The notes: generated by a model from the letters alone, not told the origin. 64,000 nt of DNA from Thermoplasmata archaeon (GCA_020696365.1 JAEHCM010000001.1:166987-230986), one strand, 5' to 3'; counted from the stretch's first letter, positions 30,294 through 40,430 are shown. Made by a program: numbers and translations.

Positions 30294-31475
30294 ATGGTGT
30301 CGAAGATATGCACTGGTAACTACGCTGCGGCTTACGGTTCGATGCGGTCGAGGGCAAGGGTGGTGGCAGCCTATCCGATCACGCCTCAGACGTTCATCGT
30401 GGAGCACATATCGGAGTTCGTCAACAATGGGGAGATGGACTGCGAATACATCGAGGTGGAGAGCGAACATTCCGCGATGAGCGCCTGCGTGTCCGCAAGC
30501 GCCTCCGGCGTACGCACGTTCACCGCGACATCCTCCCAGGGGTTGGCGTTGATGCACGAGCTTCTGCCGATTGCCAGCGGTATGAGGTTGCCCGTCGTTA
30601 TGGCTGTCGTGAACAGGGCGATAGCTGCCCCGATAAACATCTGGGTGGAGCACAACGACATAATGCCAGAGCGTGACTCCGGATGGCTGCAGGTGTTCTG
30701 CGATAACAATCAGGAGGTTCAGGACATGATCCTCCAGGCATACCGCATCGCCGAGGACAAGCGCGTGGCACTTCCGATGGCGGTCTGCCTCGACGCGTTC
30801 ATACTCTCGCACACCGTTGAACCGGTGGATCTTATCGAACAGGAGGATGCAGACCGATACGTCCCCGATTACAGCCCTCCGAGCCCGATCCTCGACCCAG
30901 ACGATGTCAGGGCGGTCGGCGTGTTCACACCGCCGGACTACATGATGGAATGCAGGTGGCAGACCGACGACGCCATGAGGCGGTCTGCTGAGGTGATTCG
31001 CGAAACGAACGCAGCATTCGTCAAGCGGTTTGGAAGGGACCATGGCGGACTCATAGACCCGTATATGGTCGACGACGCAGACGTCGTGCTCGTGACCATG
31101 GGGACGGCAAGCTCTACCGCGCACGAGGTCGTGGACGACATGAGGGGCGAGGGCAAGAAGGTAGGTCTCGTCAAGCTGAGATTCTGGCGCCCGTACCCCG
31201 GGCGCGAGCTCCGGGCGATAGCTGAGAAGGTCAAAGCCGTCGGTGTGTTCGACAGGGCGGTTTCGTACGGGGTCGGAGGCCCGTCGTTCATCGAGCTAAG
31301 GAACGCCGCATACGGCCTTGACGTGCCGATAATGAACTTCATAGGGGGATTGGGTGGCCGGGACGTCTCCCTTGCCGACGTCCGCTTCATGTACGAGCGT
31401 CTGCTCGAGACCGCCAAGACGGGCAAGGTCAGGCGTGATGTGACATGGATGGGCACCCGGGGGGTGGAGCAGTGA
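30294..31475 (+). CDS. porA: pyruvate:ferredoxin oxidoreductase alpha subunit
   Basis: N-terminal GNYAAAYGSMRSRARVVAAYPITPQT typical of PorA. Confidence 0.85.
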   Translation: MVSKICTGNYAAAYGSMRSRARVVAAYPITPQTFIVEHISEFVNNGEMDCEYIEVESEHSAMSACVSASASGVRTFTATSSQGLALMHELLPIASGMRLPVVMAVVNRAIAAPINIWVEHNDIMPERDSGWLQVFCDNNQEVQDMILQAYRIAEDKRVALPMAVCLDAFILSHTVEPVDLIEQEDADRYVPDYSPPSPILDPDDVRAVGVFTPPDYMMECRWQTDDAMRRSAEVIRETNAAFVKRFGRDHGGLIDPYMVDDADVVLVTMGTASSTAHEVVDDMRGEGKKVGLVKLRFWRPYPGRELRAIAEKVKAVGVFDRAVSYGVGGPSFIELRNAAYGLDVPIMNFIGGLGGRDVSLADVRFMYERLLETAKTGKVRRDVTWMGTRGVEQ

Positions 31476-32362
31476 AGCTGAAGGAACTACCTGATGAGGA
31501 GTTGTTCACCCGTGGACACACCGCCTGTGCGGGATGCGGTGCAGCTATCGCTGTGAGGAACCTGATCAAGATCATAGGAAGAAACACGATGGTCGTCAAC
31601 CCTGCATGTTGTCTCCTGATTTTCGGCGCGACGTATCCGTACCTCGCATGGAAGGTGCCGTTCCATCACGTGGCGTTCGAGAACACCGCTGCCTGTGCGA
31701 CTGGGATGTCAAGGGCGATGAAGGTCCGCGGCAAGGAGGACACGGTCATCATGGGCATCGCAGGCGACGGTGGCACCGCTGACATCGGTATCCAGGCCCT
31801 CTCAGGCGCCGCCGAGAGGAACGAGGACATACTCTACGTCATGTATGACAACGAAGCCTACATGAACACCGGTATCCAGCGCTCGGGATCGACCCCCTTC
31901 GGCGCGTGGACGACGACCACTCCAGTGGGCAAGGTGAAGGCGGGAAAGACCGATTTCAAGAAGGACATGCCTCTCATAATGATGGCCCACAACGTGCCCT
32001 ATGTCGCGACCGCCTCGATAGGCAACATACAGGATTTCATAAACAAGTTCGAGAAGGCCAAGCGGATCAAGGGGTTCAGGTACATCCAGGTGTTCACGCC
32101 ATGTCCAACAGGCTGGAGGCACGACACCGCGAAGACGATCGAGATCGCTAAGCTGGCCGTCGAAACCGGTATGTGGACGCTGTACGAGTGCGAGAACGGC
32201 AAGGTCACCGTGAACCGGAAGCCCAAGATGACGCCGATCTCGGAATACCTGAAGCTCCAGGGGCGGTTCAGACACATGACCGAGGCCGACGTCGAGAAGC
32301 TCCAGAATTGGGTCGTCAATAAGTGGGAAACCGACGAGAAGTACGCTCAGTGCAGGCAATGA
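31445..32362 (+). CDS. porB: pyruvate:ferredoxin oxidoreductase beta subunit (TPP-binding)
   Basis: GHTACAGCG motif and TPP-binding GDGG. A GTG at 31472 overlapping the porA stop (GTGA) is an alternative start. Confidence 0.85.
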   Translation: MDGHPGGGAVKLKELPDEELFTRGHTACAGCGAAIAVRNLIKIIGRNTMVVNPACCLLIFGATYPYLAWKVPFHHVAFENTAACATGMSRAMKVRGKEDTVIMGIAGDGGTADIGIQALSGAAERNEDILYVMYDNEAYMNTGIQRSGSTPFGAWTTTTPVGKVKAGKTDFKKDMPLIMMAHNVPYVATASIGNIQDFINKFEKAKRIKGFRYIQVFTPCPTGWRHDTAKTIEIAKLAVETGMWTLYECENGKVTVNRKPKMTPISEYLKLQGRFRHMTEADVEKLQNWVVNKWETDEKYAQCRQ

Positions 32363-32388
32363 GTCGCGGTTCCAGAGAAATCCTCTCT

Positions 32389-33231
32389 CTACAGCCTCTT
32401 TCTCATCTCTGTCTGTTTGAGCGTCACCGCGAAATCGAACAGGTCGAGCATCCTACGGTTGGCGTCGTTGTCATCGATGTTGTAGACCGCTATCTTGAAT
32501 GTGCCTAGCTCCCATAGTCGGTTCACGGCGAACTTCGCCAGGCAAGTGCCGACGCCTTTCCTTCCATGCTCTGGGTCCACGCCGAGGAACGGTATGAATC
32601 CAGTGCCTGCGACCCGCCTGAGCAGTACGAACCCCTCGTCGTTCCTGTATATCTCGCAGGTTCTGGCTGACTCCTCGAGCGCGCACCGCTTCCGACGCTG
32701 CCAACAGGTTCCGGCGTACGACCGCTCGTGTAGGGCCAAGATGTTCTCCAGGTGAGATCTTCTTGGTGGCTGTCCGAATCCCGCGAACTGCGTTGCGTTG
32801 CCCTCTGCCGAGAGGTAAGCCACTCTTGGGATGTAACCCAGCCGTTCATAGAGTTTCTCCGCGGCCAGGTTTCCCTCGATCACCTCTAGGAGTACCTCTT
32901 CTGCCCCTTCTTCCTCGGCATATCTCTCCGCAGCCTCCATCAGCCTCGCACCGACGCCTTGGTTCCTCATCCGAGGAACGACCCCCAGACCGCCGATCCA
33001 TGCTTCCGTTCCATCCACGACTGGGTTGACGTATCCGACGATTTCGTCGCCTGAGAGCGCCACGATGATGTCTTCCAGTTTGCCCCCAACCGATCTCATG
33101 AACTCCGCGAAGAACTCCCGAGACGACCGAATCGGGATGATGTAATCGGCGAATATCTCGTTCTGGGCATCGATCAGTGCGTCGAGCTGCTGCGTGGAAA
33201 GACGTTTCAGCACCAACTCGTCAGCGCTCAT
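32389..33231 (-). CDS. GNAT family N-acetyltransferase (tandem GNAT-like halves)
   Basis: Acetyl-CoA binding motif RNQGVGARLM in the first half and a second GNAT-like motif GRKGVGTCLAKFA. Confidence 0.65.
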   Translation of the reverse strand: MSADELVLKRLSTQQLDALIDAQNEIFADYIIPIRSSREFFAEFMRSVGGKLEDIIVALSGDEIVGYVNPVVDGTEAWIGGLGVVPRMRNQGVGARLMEAAERYAEEEGAEEVLLEVIEGNLAAEKLYERLGYIPRVAYLSAEGNATQFAGFGQPPRRSHLENILALHERSYAGTCWQRRKRCALEESARTCEIYRNDEGFVLLRRVAGTGFIPFLGVDPEHGRKGVGTCLAKFAVNRLWELGTFKIAVYNIDDNDANRRMLDLFDFAVTLKQTEMRKRL

Positions 33232-33244
33232 CTCCCGCCGCCCT

Positions 33245-34729
33245 TTACGCCGACTCCGGCTTCATATGAGGGAAGAGGATGACCTCTTTGATCGAAGGTG
33301 CGTTCGTCACGAGCATGGCGAACCGGTCTATCCCTATGCCCAGTCCTCCTGTGGGGGGCAGGCCGTACTCTAGCGCACGCACATAGTCGCTGTCAATCGG
33401 GTGAGTTTCCTCGTCCCCTTCCTGCTTGAGCCTGTCCTGCTCCCTGAACCTTTGCTCCTGCTCCACGGGGTCGTTCAGCTCGGAGAAGGCATTCGCGAGC
33501 TCCCACCCGTTTATGAACAGTTCAAACCTCTCCACGAGGTCTGGCGCGCCTCTCTTCCTCTTCGCGAGCGGTGAGACACCCACGGGATGATCTACGATGA
33601 ACACCGGGTCGATGAGGCTCGGTTGGACCTTCTGGTCGAACATCAATGCGATTATCTTGCCCATGTCCTGGCAGTCCTCTACGTCCCGGACTCCTAGCTG
33701 GACCGCTGCGTCCCTCGCGTCATCGACGGTCCTGAGAGTCGAAACATCGAAACCCGTGTGCTTTCGGATCGCCTCAGTCATGGTGATCCGTGGCCATGGC
33801 TTTGCGAAGTTCAGGACCTTGTCACCATACTGGATCTTCTCGGTCCCCGTGATGTGCATCGCCGTGTCGTACATGATCGATTCGGTCAGATCCATTATCG
33901 CGTTGTAATCGACGTACGCCTGGTAGAGCTCCAACGAGGTGTACTCCGGATAGTGCTGGGCGTCTATGTCTTCGTTCCTGAAGTTCTTGCCGAACTCGTA
34001 CACGCTTTCTAGGTTGCCAACGATGCATCTCTTGTGGTACAGCTCAGGTGCAATCCTAAGGTAGAGATCGATGTCTAGGTAGTTGTGGTGGGTGACGAAC
34101 GGCCGCGCCAGCGCACCGCCGTACAACGGCTGGAGTATCGGAGTCTCGACTTCGATGAACTCCTTCTCGTTGAGCCAGTTTCGCATGAAAGCCACCAACC
34201 TGCTCCTCTTGATGAACCGGTCACGGACCTCCTCGTTCATCATCAGATCGAGATACCTCTGCCTGTACCTCATCTGGACGTCCTGGAGTCCATGGAACTT
34301 CTCTGGTAGGGGCGTGAGCGCCTTGCTAAGCACCTGGAATTCACTAACTGCGACGGTTATCTCTCCCATCTTGGTCCTGAACACGTTGCCCTTCACCCCG
34401 ACCACGTCCCCACGGTCCATCACGAGGAAGAGTTCCCAAGCATCCTTGCCGATATCGTTCAATTTGAAGTAGAGCTGGACCTTTCCATCTCGGTCCACCA
34501 AGTCTGCGAAGCCCGCTTTGCCATGGATCCGCTTGGCCATCACACGACCCGCCGCGGAGACGACCTTGCCGCTCTTGTCCTGGCCAACGTCCGCGAACTC
34601 CTTCCTCAAACCTGCTGAAGTGTGCGTTCGCTCGAAGCTGTAGGTCTGGTACGGATCGAATCCCATCGACTTCATTGTCTCGAGATTCTTCCTCATCTGG
34701 GCCTTAAGGTCGCTCTCCGGTTCTGGCAT
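33245..34729 (-). CDS. lysS: lysine--tRNA ligase, class II
   Basis: Class II aaRS motifs, an N-terminal OB anticodon-binding domain, and the LysRS-II signature GLGIGIDRFAML. Confidence 0.85.
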   Translation of the reverse strand: MPEPESDLKAQMRKNLETMKSMGFDPYQTYSFERTHTSAGLRKEFADVGQDKSGKVVSAAGRVMAKRIHGKAGFADLVDRDGKVQLYFKLNDIGKDAWELFLVMDRGDVVGVKGNVFRTKMGEITVAVSEFQVLSKALTPLPEKFHGLQDVQMRYRQRYLDLMMNEEVRDRFIKRSRLVAFMRNWLNEKEFIEVETPILQPLYGGALARPFVTHHNYLDIDLYLRIAPELYHKRCIVGNLESVYEFGKNFRNEDIDAQHYPEYTSLELYQAYVDYNAIMDLTESIMYDTAMHITGTEKIQYGDKVLNFAKPWPRITMTEAIRKHTGFDVSTLRTVDDARDAAVQLGVRDVEDCQDMGKIIALMFDQKVQPSLIDPVFIVDHPVGVSPLAKRKRGAPDLVERFELFINGWELANAFSELNDPVEQEQRFREQDRLKQEGDEETHPIDSDYVRALEYGLPPTGGLGIGIDRFAMLVTNAPSIKEVILFPHMKPESA

Positions 34730-34881
34730 CAGGCATCTCCCCTGCTGGGTGTGCTCTCATATCCAAAGGGCGTACTTAAACGTAATCCGCCCATCCTCAG
34801 CTCCATCATCCACTCACTACCGCTCGCTCTCATGTTACTCACCAGAATTCGGTCGAAACCCGCCTGTCTCGGCAGTTTTCG

Positions 34882-35274
34882 CTAGCTCTTCTTCTCGGCC
34901 TCTTCAATCGCCGCTAGAAGTTCTTCGATCCTAAACGGTTTGAGGAGAAATCCCTTGGCTCCAGCTGCCATGGCCTCCTTCTCGATGTGCAGGTCGGCAC
35001 TGCCGAAGAAAACCGTGGCCGTAGGGTCAATGCGAAGAATCTCCTGCGTGGCGCTCACGCCGTCCCTGACGGGCATCCTCTGGTCCATGATGATCACCAC
35101 GGGCTTCTCCTTCATGTCCCTGTATTTGCGAACTGCCTCTTCGCCGTCGGATGCAACTCCGATGACCTCGTGACCGTTTGCCTCGAGTATATCCCGATAC
35201 AGTTCGACGATGAACTTCTCATCGTCAACAAGGAAGACCGTGACGATTCTACAACCTCCGAATGAGCCCCTTGA
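34882..35274 (-). CDS. single-domain response regulator receiver (CheY-like); no canonical start codon
   Basis: The reading frame is open from an in-frame stop at 35275-35277 and encodes a complete receiver: phospho-acceptor region VFLVDDE, IIMDQRMPVRDG, conserved T/S and LLKPF. The only ATG (35115) lies mid-domain, and no ATG/GTG/TTG precedes the DD motif. Confidence 0.5.
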   Translation of the reverse strand, partial: SRGSFGGCRIVTVFLVDDEKFIVELYRDILEANGHEVIGVASDGEEAVRKYRDMKEKPVVIIMDQRMPVRDGVSATQEILRIDPTATVFFGSADLHIEKEAMAAGAKGFLLKPFRIEELLAAIEEAEKKS

Positions 35275-35469
35275 TCAGCCCGTCCTCGACGCCAGAACTC
35301 AGTCCGGCTTCCTGTGTGACTTGCGTGTCCAGGTGGGATTGTACTAATTATCCTGTAGCTTATATAATGATTTTCCTAATGTCGCATCCTCTTTTCCCGT
35401 CGTCGGTCCGTGCTCGCTGGAACCACAAACTCTTATATAGTAAGACCTGCAATTGAGCACCTGAGATTC

Positions 35470-35637
35470 ATGGCGAAGAACAAGAAGAACGAGGGGTTTC
35501 ACTCTGCCGCCGGGTTGATACGGTACTTCGACGCCGAGGACGACAAGGCGCTTAAGGTCAGCCCCTGGGTCGTCGTGGGTTTCTGCATTGGCGTTTCTGC
35601 CCTAGTGCTTATTCTCGGTACACTGTACCCGACATGA
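35470..35637 (+). CDS. secG: preprotein translocase subunit Sec61beta (SecG)
   Basis: 55 aa with the SAAGLIRYFDAEDD motif plus one C-terminal TM helix; the start is the internal ATG at 35470. Confidence 0.75.
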   Translation: MAKNKKNEGFHSAAGLIRYFDAEDDKALKVSPWVVVGFCIGVSALVLILGTLYPT

Positions 35638-35685
35638 TCGGACACGCGACTCTGTTGGGAAGCGCATAGCACAGGACTGTACATC

Positions 35686-35705
35686 GTCAGTCTGAAATCT
35701 GACGA
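35686..35705 (+). terminator. possible hairpin downstream of secG
   Basis: CGTCAG-N8-CTGACG inverted repeat about 50 nt after the secG stop, followed by AT-rich sequence. Confidence 0.2.
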
Positions 35706-35788
35706 AATCAATAAATATCATTCCCGCTCTCGCTCGTCCACTTGAGGGATTGAACATGGCTAGATCGTTGACCGTGTTTGGTAGTCTT

Positions 35789-35806
35789 CATGCGTGATCA
35801 CGCATG
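35789..35806. promoter_or_regulatory. 18-bp perfect palindrome upstream of the his operon
   Basis: CATGCGTGATCACGCATG is its own reverse complement. Lies about 105 nt upstream of the hisG start. Confidence 0.35.
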
Positions 35807-35911
35807 GCCCAAACCGATTCCTCGAGATATTGTTGATTCGTTGCAACTTCCCAGCGGAGGCTGTGCCGAGGTATGCGGCGGTTTCGACATGGGACGATTG
35901 GAGGAGTTGTC

Positions 35912-36778
35912 TTGACAGTGCTCAGAATAGCGGTTCCGAACAAGGGGAGACTGAATCAGAGCTCGGTCCGGCTCATGAATCGGATAGGGTTCCCTATCTC
36001 GGACTCCAACAGCAGAACGCTGATAGCCGAGTTCGGGAAGGGGAGATACCAGATCCTGCTGGCCAGGGCTCAGGATATACCCGAATTCGTCGAGATGGGC
36101 GTTGCGGACCTCGGTATAACCGGCCTCGACCTCGTGCTCGAAACGAACAGGAGCGTCGAAAGAATCAGAACACTCGATTATGGGAAGTGCCGGCTAGTCG
36201 TCGCCGTCCCCGACGAATCGGTTGTGACCGGCGTCACTCAGATCGAAGACGGGTGCACCGTCGCAACATCCTTCCCGAACTTGACCCGGGAGTATTTCTC
36301 GAACATCGGGAAGAACGTTAAGATCGCCACCGTGACCGGAGCGACCGAGGTGACCCCTCAGATAGGTCTCGCGGACGTGATCACAGACCTGACAGAGACA
36401 GGTTCGACCTTGAAGCTCAACCACCTCAAGGAGGTGGGTGTGGTCATGGAGTCCGTCGCCGTGCTGATTGGGAACAAGGCGGCGCTCGAGGCGAAGGCTG
36501 GGCGCGTCGAGGAGGTGACCAGTGCCATAGATAGCGTGATCGCCGCCTCTAGGAAGAGATATCTGATGGCGAACGTCCCCAAAGACACCCTTTCCAATCT
36601 GGAGAATCTGATTCCAGGAGTCTCCGGACCTACCATAATGAACATCATCGGACGAGAGGACATGGTCGCAATTCATGCTGTCGTCAGCGAGGACGCGGTG
36701 AACGGAATAATCGCGGTTCTCAAGGAGATAGGCGGAACGGGAATCCTAATAGTCCCGATTGAAAGGATGGTTCTCTGA
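35912..36778 (+). CDS. hisG: ATP phosphoribosyltransferase (long form)
   Basis: LRIAVPNKGRL N-terminus and the C-terminal regulatory domain. A TTG start at 35912 is preceded by GGAGGAG; the listed ORF opens at 35873. Confidence 0.8.
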   Translation: MTVLRIAVPNKGRLNQSSVRLMNRIGFPISDSNSRTLIAEFGKGRYQILLARAQDIPEFVEMGVADLGITGLDLVLETNRSVERIRTLDYGKCRLVVAVPDESVVTGVTQIEDGCTVATSFPNLTREYFSNIGKNVKIATVTGATEVTPQIGLADVITDLTETGSTLKLNHLKEVGVVMESVAVLIGNKAALEAKAGRVEEVTSAIDSVIAASRKRYLMANVPKDTLSNLENLIPGVSGPTIMNIIGREDMVAIHAVVSEDAVNGIIAVLKEIGGTGILIVPIERMVL

Positions 36779-36779
36779 C

Positions 36780-38063
36780 ATGTTGAGATACGATTACAGC
36801 TCGATGTCTGCCGACGACATGAGAGAGGTGCTTCGGAGAGGTGGCACCTCGATGGACAATGCGGTCACGGTCGCTCGCCCCATCGTCGAGGCTGTGCGGC
36901 GCGGAGGAGACCGTGCCCTGATGAGATATGCGCGGAAGTTCGATGGATTCAAGGGCGGGTCGTTTCTCGTTACCAGAGATGCCATGGACGCTGCGATATC
37001 GCGCGTATCCTCGCCGATTCTCGCGTCGCTGAAACTCAGCAAGAAGAGGATACAGGTATATCACAAGAAGCAGCGTCTGAACGCCTTCGAATTCGAGGAT
37101 TCGTGCGGGGTGTTCGGTCAGAAAGTCGTACCTCTTGAACGGGTCGGCATATACATACCCGGCGGAACCGCAACCTACGCAACCTCCGTCCTTATGACCG
37201 CGGTGCCGGCCAAGGTCGCTGGCGTTGAGGAGATAGTGATGTGCACGCCGGCAAGAAACGGCAGGGTCGAAGATGTTGTTCTCGCAGCTGCTTTCATCGC
37301 CGGCGTGGACGAGATATACTCCGTTGGCGGAGCCCAAGGGATCGCCGCGATGGCCTATGGGACGGAGAGCATCCCAGTGGTGTCAAAGATCGTCGGGCCT
37401 GGCGGGTCAATCGTCAGCGCCGCCAAGATGGTGGTCCGCTCGGACTGCGAGATTGATTCCATTGCTGGTCCGTCGGAAGTGCTCATAATCGCCGACAGCA
37501 CCGCGGAAGCAACGCTCGTTGCCAGTGAGATGGTCGCGCAGCTTGAACACGACCCGGCGGCGGTCGCGGTCTTGGTCTCACCCTCTTCTCGCCTGCTCGA
37601 CCAGACTTTCCTGGCGCTGAAGCAGATGATTGGACGGGCAGATCGCAAGGACATCTTGGAGAGGTCATTCGATGAAGGAGCCGTCTTCCTCAAGGTGAGA
37701 AACATGTCTCAGGCGGTGGAGTTCTCGAACGCGTACGCCCCAGAGCACCTCCTCGTGGACACCAGGAACCCGCGTGAGCTTCTCAAATCTATTCGAAACG
37801 CCGGCTCGGTATTCCTTGGTCAGATATCGTCGGTCGCCTTTGGCGACTACTGCTCTGGCCCCAATCACGTTCTACCGACGATGGGGACCGCCCGGTCAAG
37901 ATCCGCCCTGTCTGTGTACGATTTCCTGAAGATAGTGCCTTATCAGCAGTTGAGCGTGCAAGGTGCGGCCAAGCTCGCCCCTGTGGTGGCGGTGCTGGCA
38001 GAGGCCGAGGGGCTGCCAAACCACGCCATAGCTGCGCGCTTGAGAGCCAGGGGTGTTCGCTGA
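36780..38063 (+). CDS. hisD: histidinol dehydrogenase
   Basis: HisD motifs (IYIPGGTATYATSVLM, AYAPEHL). Confidence 0.85.
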   Translation: MLRYDYSSMSADDMREVLRRGGTSMDNAVTVARPIVEAVRRGGDRALMRYARKFDGFKGGSFLVTRDAMDAAISRVSSPILASLKLSKKRIQVYHKKQRLNAFEFEDSCGVFGQKVVPLERVGIYIPGGTATYATSVLMTAVPAKVAGVEEIVMCTPARNGRVEDVVLAAAFIAGVDEIYSVGGAQGIAAMAYGTESIPVVSKIVGPGGSIVSAAKMVVRSDCEIDSIAGPSEVLIIADSTAEATLVASEMVAQLEHDPAAVAVLVSPSSRLLDQTFLALKQMIGRADRKDILERSFDEGAVFLKVRNMSQAVEFSNAYAPEHLLVDTRNPRELLKSIRNAGSVFLGQISSVAFGDYCSGPNHVLPTMGTARSRSALSVYDFLKIVPYQQLSVQGAAKLAPVVAVLAEAEGLPNHAIAARLRARGVR

Positions 38064-39127
38064 TGCCATCAATCGGAGAATTGAGGAGAAGAGCGCTGGA
38101 ATCACTGAGCCGTCCATCATATACCCTTGCCAACACGAACATATTGTCGTTGAACAACAACGCAAATCTGTTCGGCGTTAATCCAGCTGTGAAAGAGGTT
38201 GCAGAGTCGTTCGACTTCTCGAGACTCTGGGCATATCCAAGCGAGGACTCGGACGCCCTGAGACTGCGCCTTGCGTCGGAGTTCGACGCATCCCCGACCG
38301 AGATAATCGTCGGAAACGGCTCTGACGATCTGCTGGACATCGTCTGCAAGAGTTTCATCAATCCTGGCGATGTCTTCTGCCAACCCACACCCACGTTCAG
38401 GATGTACAAGTTCTACGCTCAGGCAAACTTCGCATCGATTGACGAGAAGGTATTGAACGACGATTTCTCCCTTCGAACCGATGATATAATCCTGGCGCGG
38501 GCGAAACTCGTCGCACTCTGCCAGCCCAATAATCCAACCGCAAACCTCATGGATCCGAGAGATGTGAGGAGGATCCTTTCCGAGTCGGAAGGAATAACAA
38601 TCCTGGACGAGGCCTACTCGGATTTCTGCGATTCCGACATGCTCGCAGATGTGATGGAAAGCGAGAGGGGAATCGACATAAGGACATTCTCCAAGGCATA
38701 CGGACTCGCAGGTCTTCGCGTTGGCTTTGCCATATCCCGTAAGGAGATCGTAGACGAGCTGAGACGGGTCAGGACGCCGTTCGGTCTCAATTCGTTCACC
38801 GAGGCGGTAGCTATCGCTGCGCTCGACAACAAGGGCTGGGTTACGGAGAAGATTCAGGAGATGAAGGTAGAGCGGGAGCGCCTGTCAAGGCAGATGCAGT
38901 CGCTAGGCTTCCAGGTCTATCCTTCGGACTGCAACTTCCTGCTCTGTGGCTCACCCGTGAGCACCGACAAACTCGTTGGAGCCCTTGAGGCGCGAGGAGT
39001 GGCAATCAGGGACTTCGGATCGTATCCCCTTCTTGAGAACCACGTCCGCGTGACGGTTGGCCCAAGAGCGCTCATGGATCGTTATCTTGAGATTCTGCGT
39101 CCGCTTATGGCTGAGGTATTGACATGA
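38063..39127 (+). CDS. hisC: histidinol-phosphate aminotransferase
   Basis: Class II aminotransferase with the PLP lysine context FSKAYGLAGLRVGF. Confidence 0.85.
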   Translation: MPSIGELRRRALESLSRPSYTLANTNILSLNNNANLFGVNPAVKEVAESFDFSRLWAYPSEDSDALRLRLASEFDASPTEIIVGNGSDDLLDIVCKSFINPGDVFCQPTPTFRMYKFYAQANFASIDEKVLNDDFSLRTDDIILARAKLVALCQPNNPTANLMDPRDVRRILSESEGITILDEAYSDFCDSDMLADVMESERGIDIRTFSKAYGLAGLRVGFAISRKEIVDELRRVRTPFGLNSFTEAVAIAALDNKGWVTEKIQEMKVERERLSRQMQSLGFQVYPSDCNFLLCGSPVSTDKLVGALEARGVAIRDFGSYPLLENHVRVTVGPRALMDRYLEILRPLMAEVLT

Positions 39128-39723
39128 AGGTGACCGTTGCGGACTATGGAGTCGGCAACCTCCACAGTATCTCCAAGGGACTCGAGAGGGTCGGCGCGGT
39201 CGTTGAGGTCTCGTCTGACCCTGGTGAGCTGGCGAACGCCAGGTGCATCGTCTTCCCCGGCGTGGGCGCATTCGGGGCCGCCATGGAAGTCCTACGACCA
39301 GCGCTCACAGACATACGGACTGCGATACAGTCCGGGGTTCCAACCCTCGGCATCTGTCTGGGGATGCAGATACTGTTCGAGAGAAGCGAGGAGTCCGTCG
39401 GAGAGGGGGTGTCAGTCATCCCTGGGTGTGCAAGGAGGCTTCAGGCGCCGAGGGTCCCGCACATGGGTTGGAACGAAGTGGATCACTCCGGCGACGGGCT
39501 GTTCGAAGCCATCGATTCGGGGGAACAGTTCTACTTCGCCAACTCCTACGTGTGCTTCCCGACCGAAAAGGTCTCAATATCGGAAACGGAATACGGTGAG
39601 AGGTTTCCATCAGCAGTGAGGAAGGGAACAATCTTCGGAGTGCAATTCCATCCGGAGAAGAGCAGCGCTCCCGGCCTCAGGTTGCTCTCGAACTTCATCA
39701 GGATAGCGGAGGAATCAGCATGA
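39124..39723 (+). CDS. hisH: imidazole glycerol phosphate synthase, glutaminase subunit
   Basis: Class I glutamine amidotransferase triad context GICLGMQ ... HMGWN ... HPE. Confidence 0.85.
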   Translation: MKVTVADYGVGNLHSISKGLERVGAVVEVSSDPGELANARCIVFPGVGAFGAAMEVLRPALTDIRTAIQSGVPTLGICLGMQILFERSEESVGEGVSVIPGCARRLQAPRVPHMGWNEVDHSGDGLFEAIDSGEQFYFANSYVCFPTEKVSISETEYGERFPSAVRKGTIFGVQFHPEKSSAPGLRLLSNFIRIAEESA

Positions 39724-40430
39724 AAGTGATACCAGCCGTGGATGTAAGGGGGGGCAAGAGCGTCCAGTTGGTCGGTGGAAAGCCTGGCACGGAGCGTGTC
39801 GAGATCGAGGATGTCGCCGGTCTGGCCAGGAAATGGCAGAGGGATGGTGCCGAGATGATACATATCATCGACCTCGACTCGGCCATGGACGTGGGGAACA
39901 ACGAGGAGCTGATCGAGAACGTGATAGGCGCTCTATCCATCCCCGTCCAGGTCGGTGGCGGCATCAGGACCGCGGCTAAGGTCCACAGGTTGTTCGAGAT
40001 CGGCTGCGAGCGGGTCATCATCGGCACCAGGGCGATCCAGGACCGCTCCTTCGTGGAAGAGCTGGCCAAGCAATACTCCGACGGTATAGTCGTCGCCCTC
40101 GATTCCGCGGCAGACCGGGTATTGATTAAGGGCTGGCAGGAGAGCTCTGGAAAGGACATAGTCTCTGTCGCCAAGGACCTGGAATCGTTCCCTATCTGGG
40201 GCTTCCTCTACACAAACGTGGATGTAGAGGGGAGGTTGCAAGGCATCAACCCGATCCCGATAAGCAGGCTCATACGGACGACGGGGAAGCCAGTGATCGT
40301 CTCAGGCGGGATATCTACCCGGTCTGACCTGGCGCTCCTCCGCGGAATGGGGGTAGATTCGGTCGTCGTAGGGATGGCTATCTACACGGGAGCGGTGAAT
40401 TTCAAGAGAGTGGTGAGGGAGTTCAGTTGA
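39720..40430 (+). CDS. hisA: ProFAR isomerase
   Basis: MKVIPAVDVRGGKSVQLVGG N-terminus and (beta/alpha)8 HisA pattern. Confidence 0.85.
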   Translation: MKVIPAVDVRGGKSVQLVGGKPGTERVEIEDVAGLARKWQRDGAEMIHIIDLDSAMDVGNNEELIENVIGALSIPVQVGGGIRTAAKVHRLFEIGCERVIIGTRAIQDRSFVEELAKQYSDGIVVALDSAADRVLIKGWQESSGKDIVSVAKDLESFPIWGFLYTNVDVEGRLQGINPIPISRLIRTTGKPVIVSGGISTRSDLALLRGMGVDSVVVGMAIYTGAVNFKRVVREFS

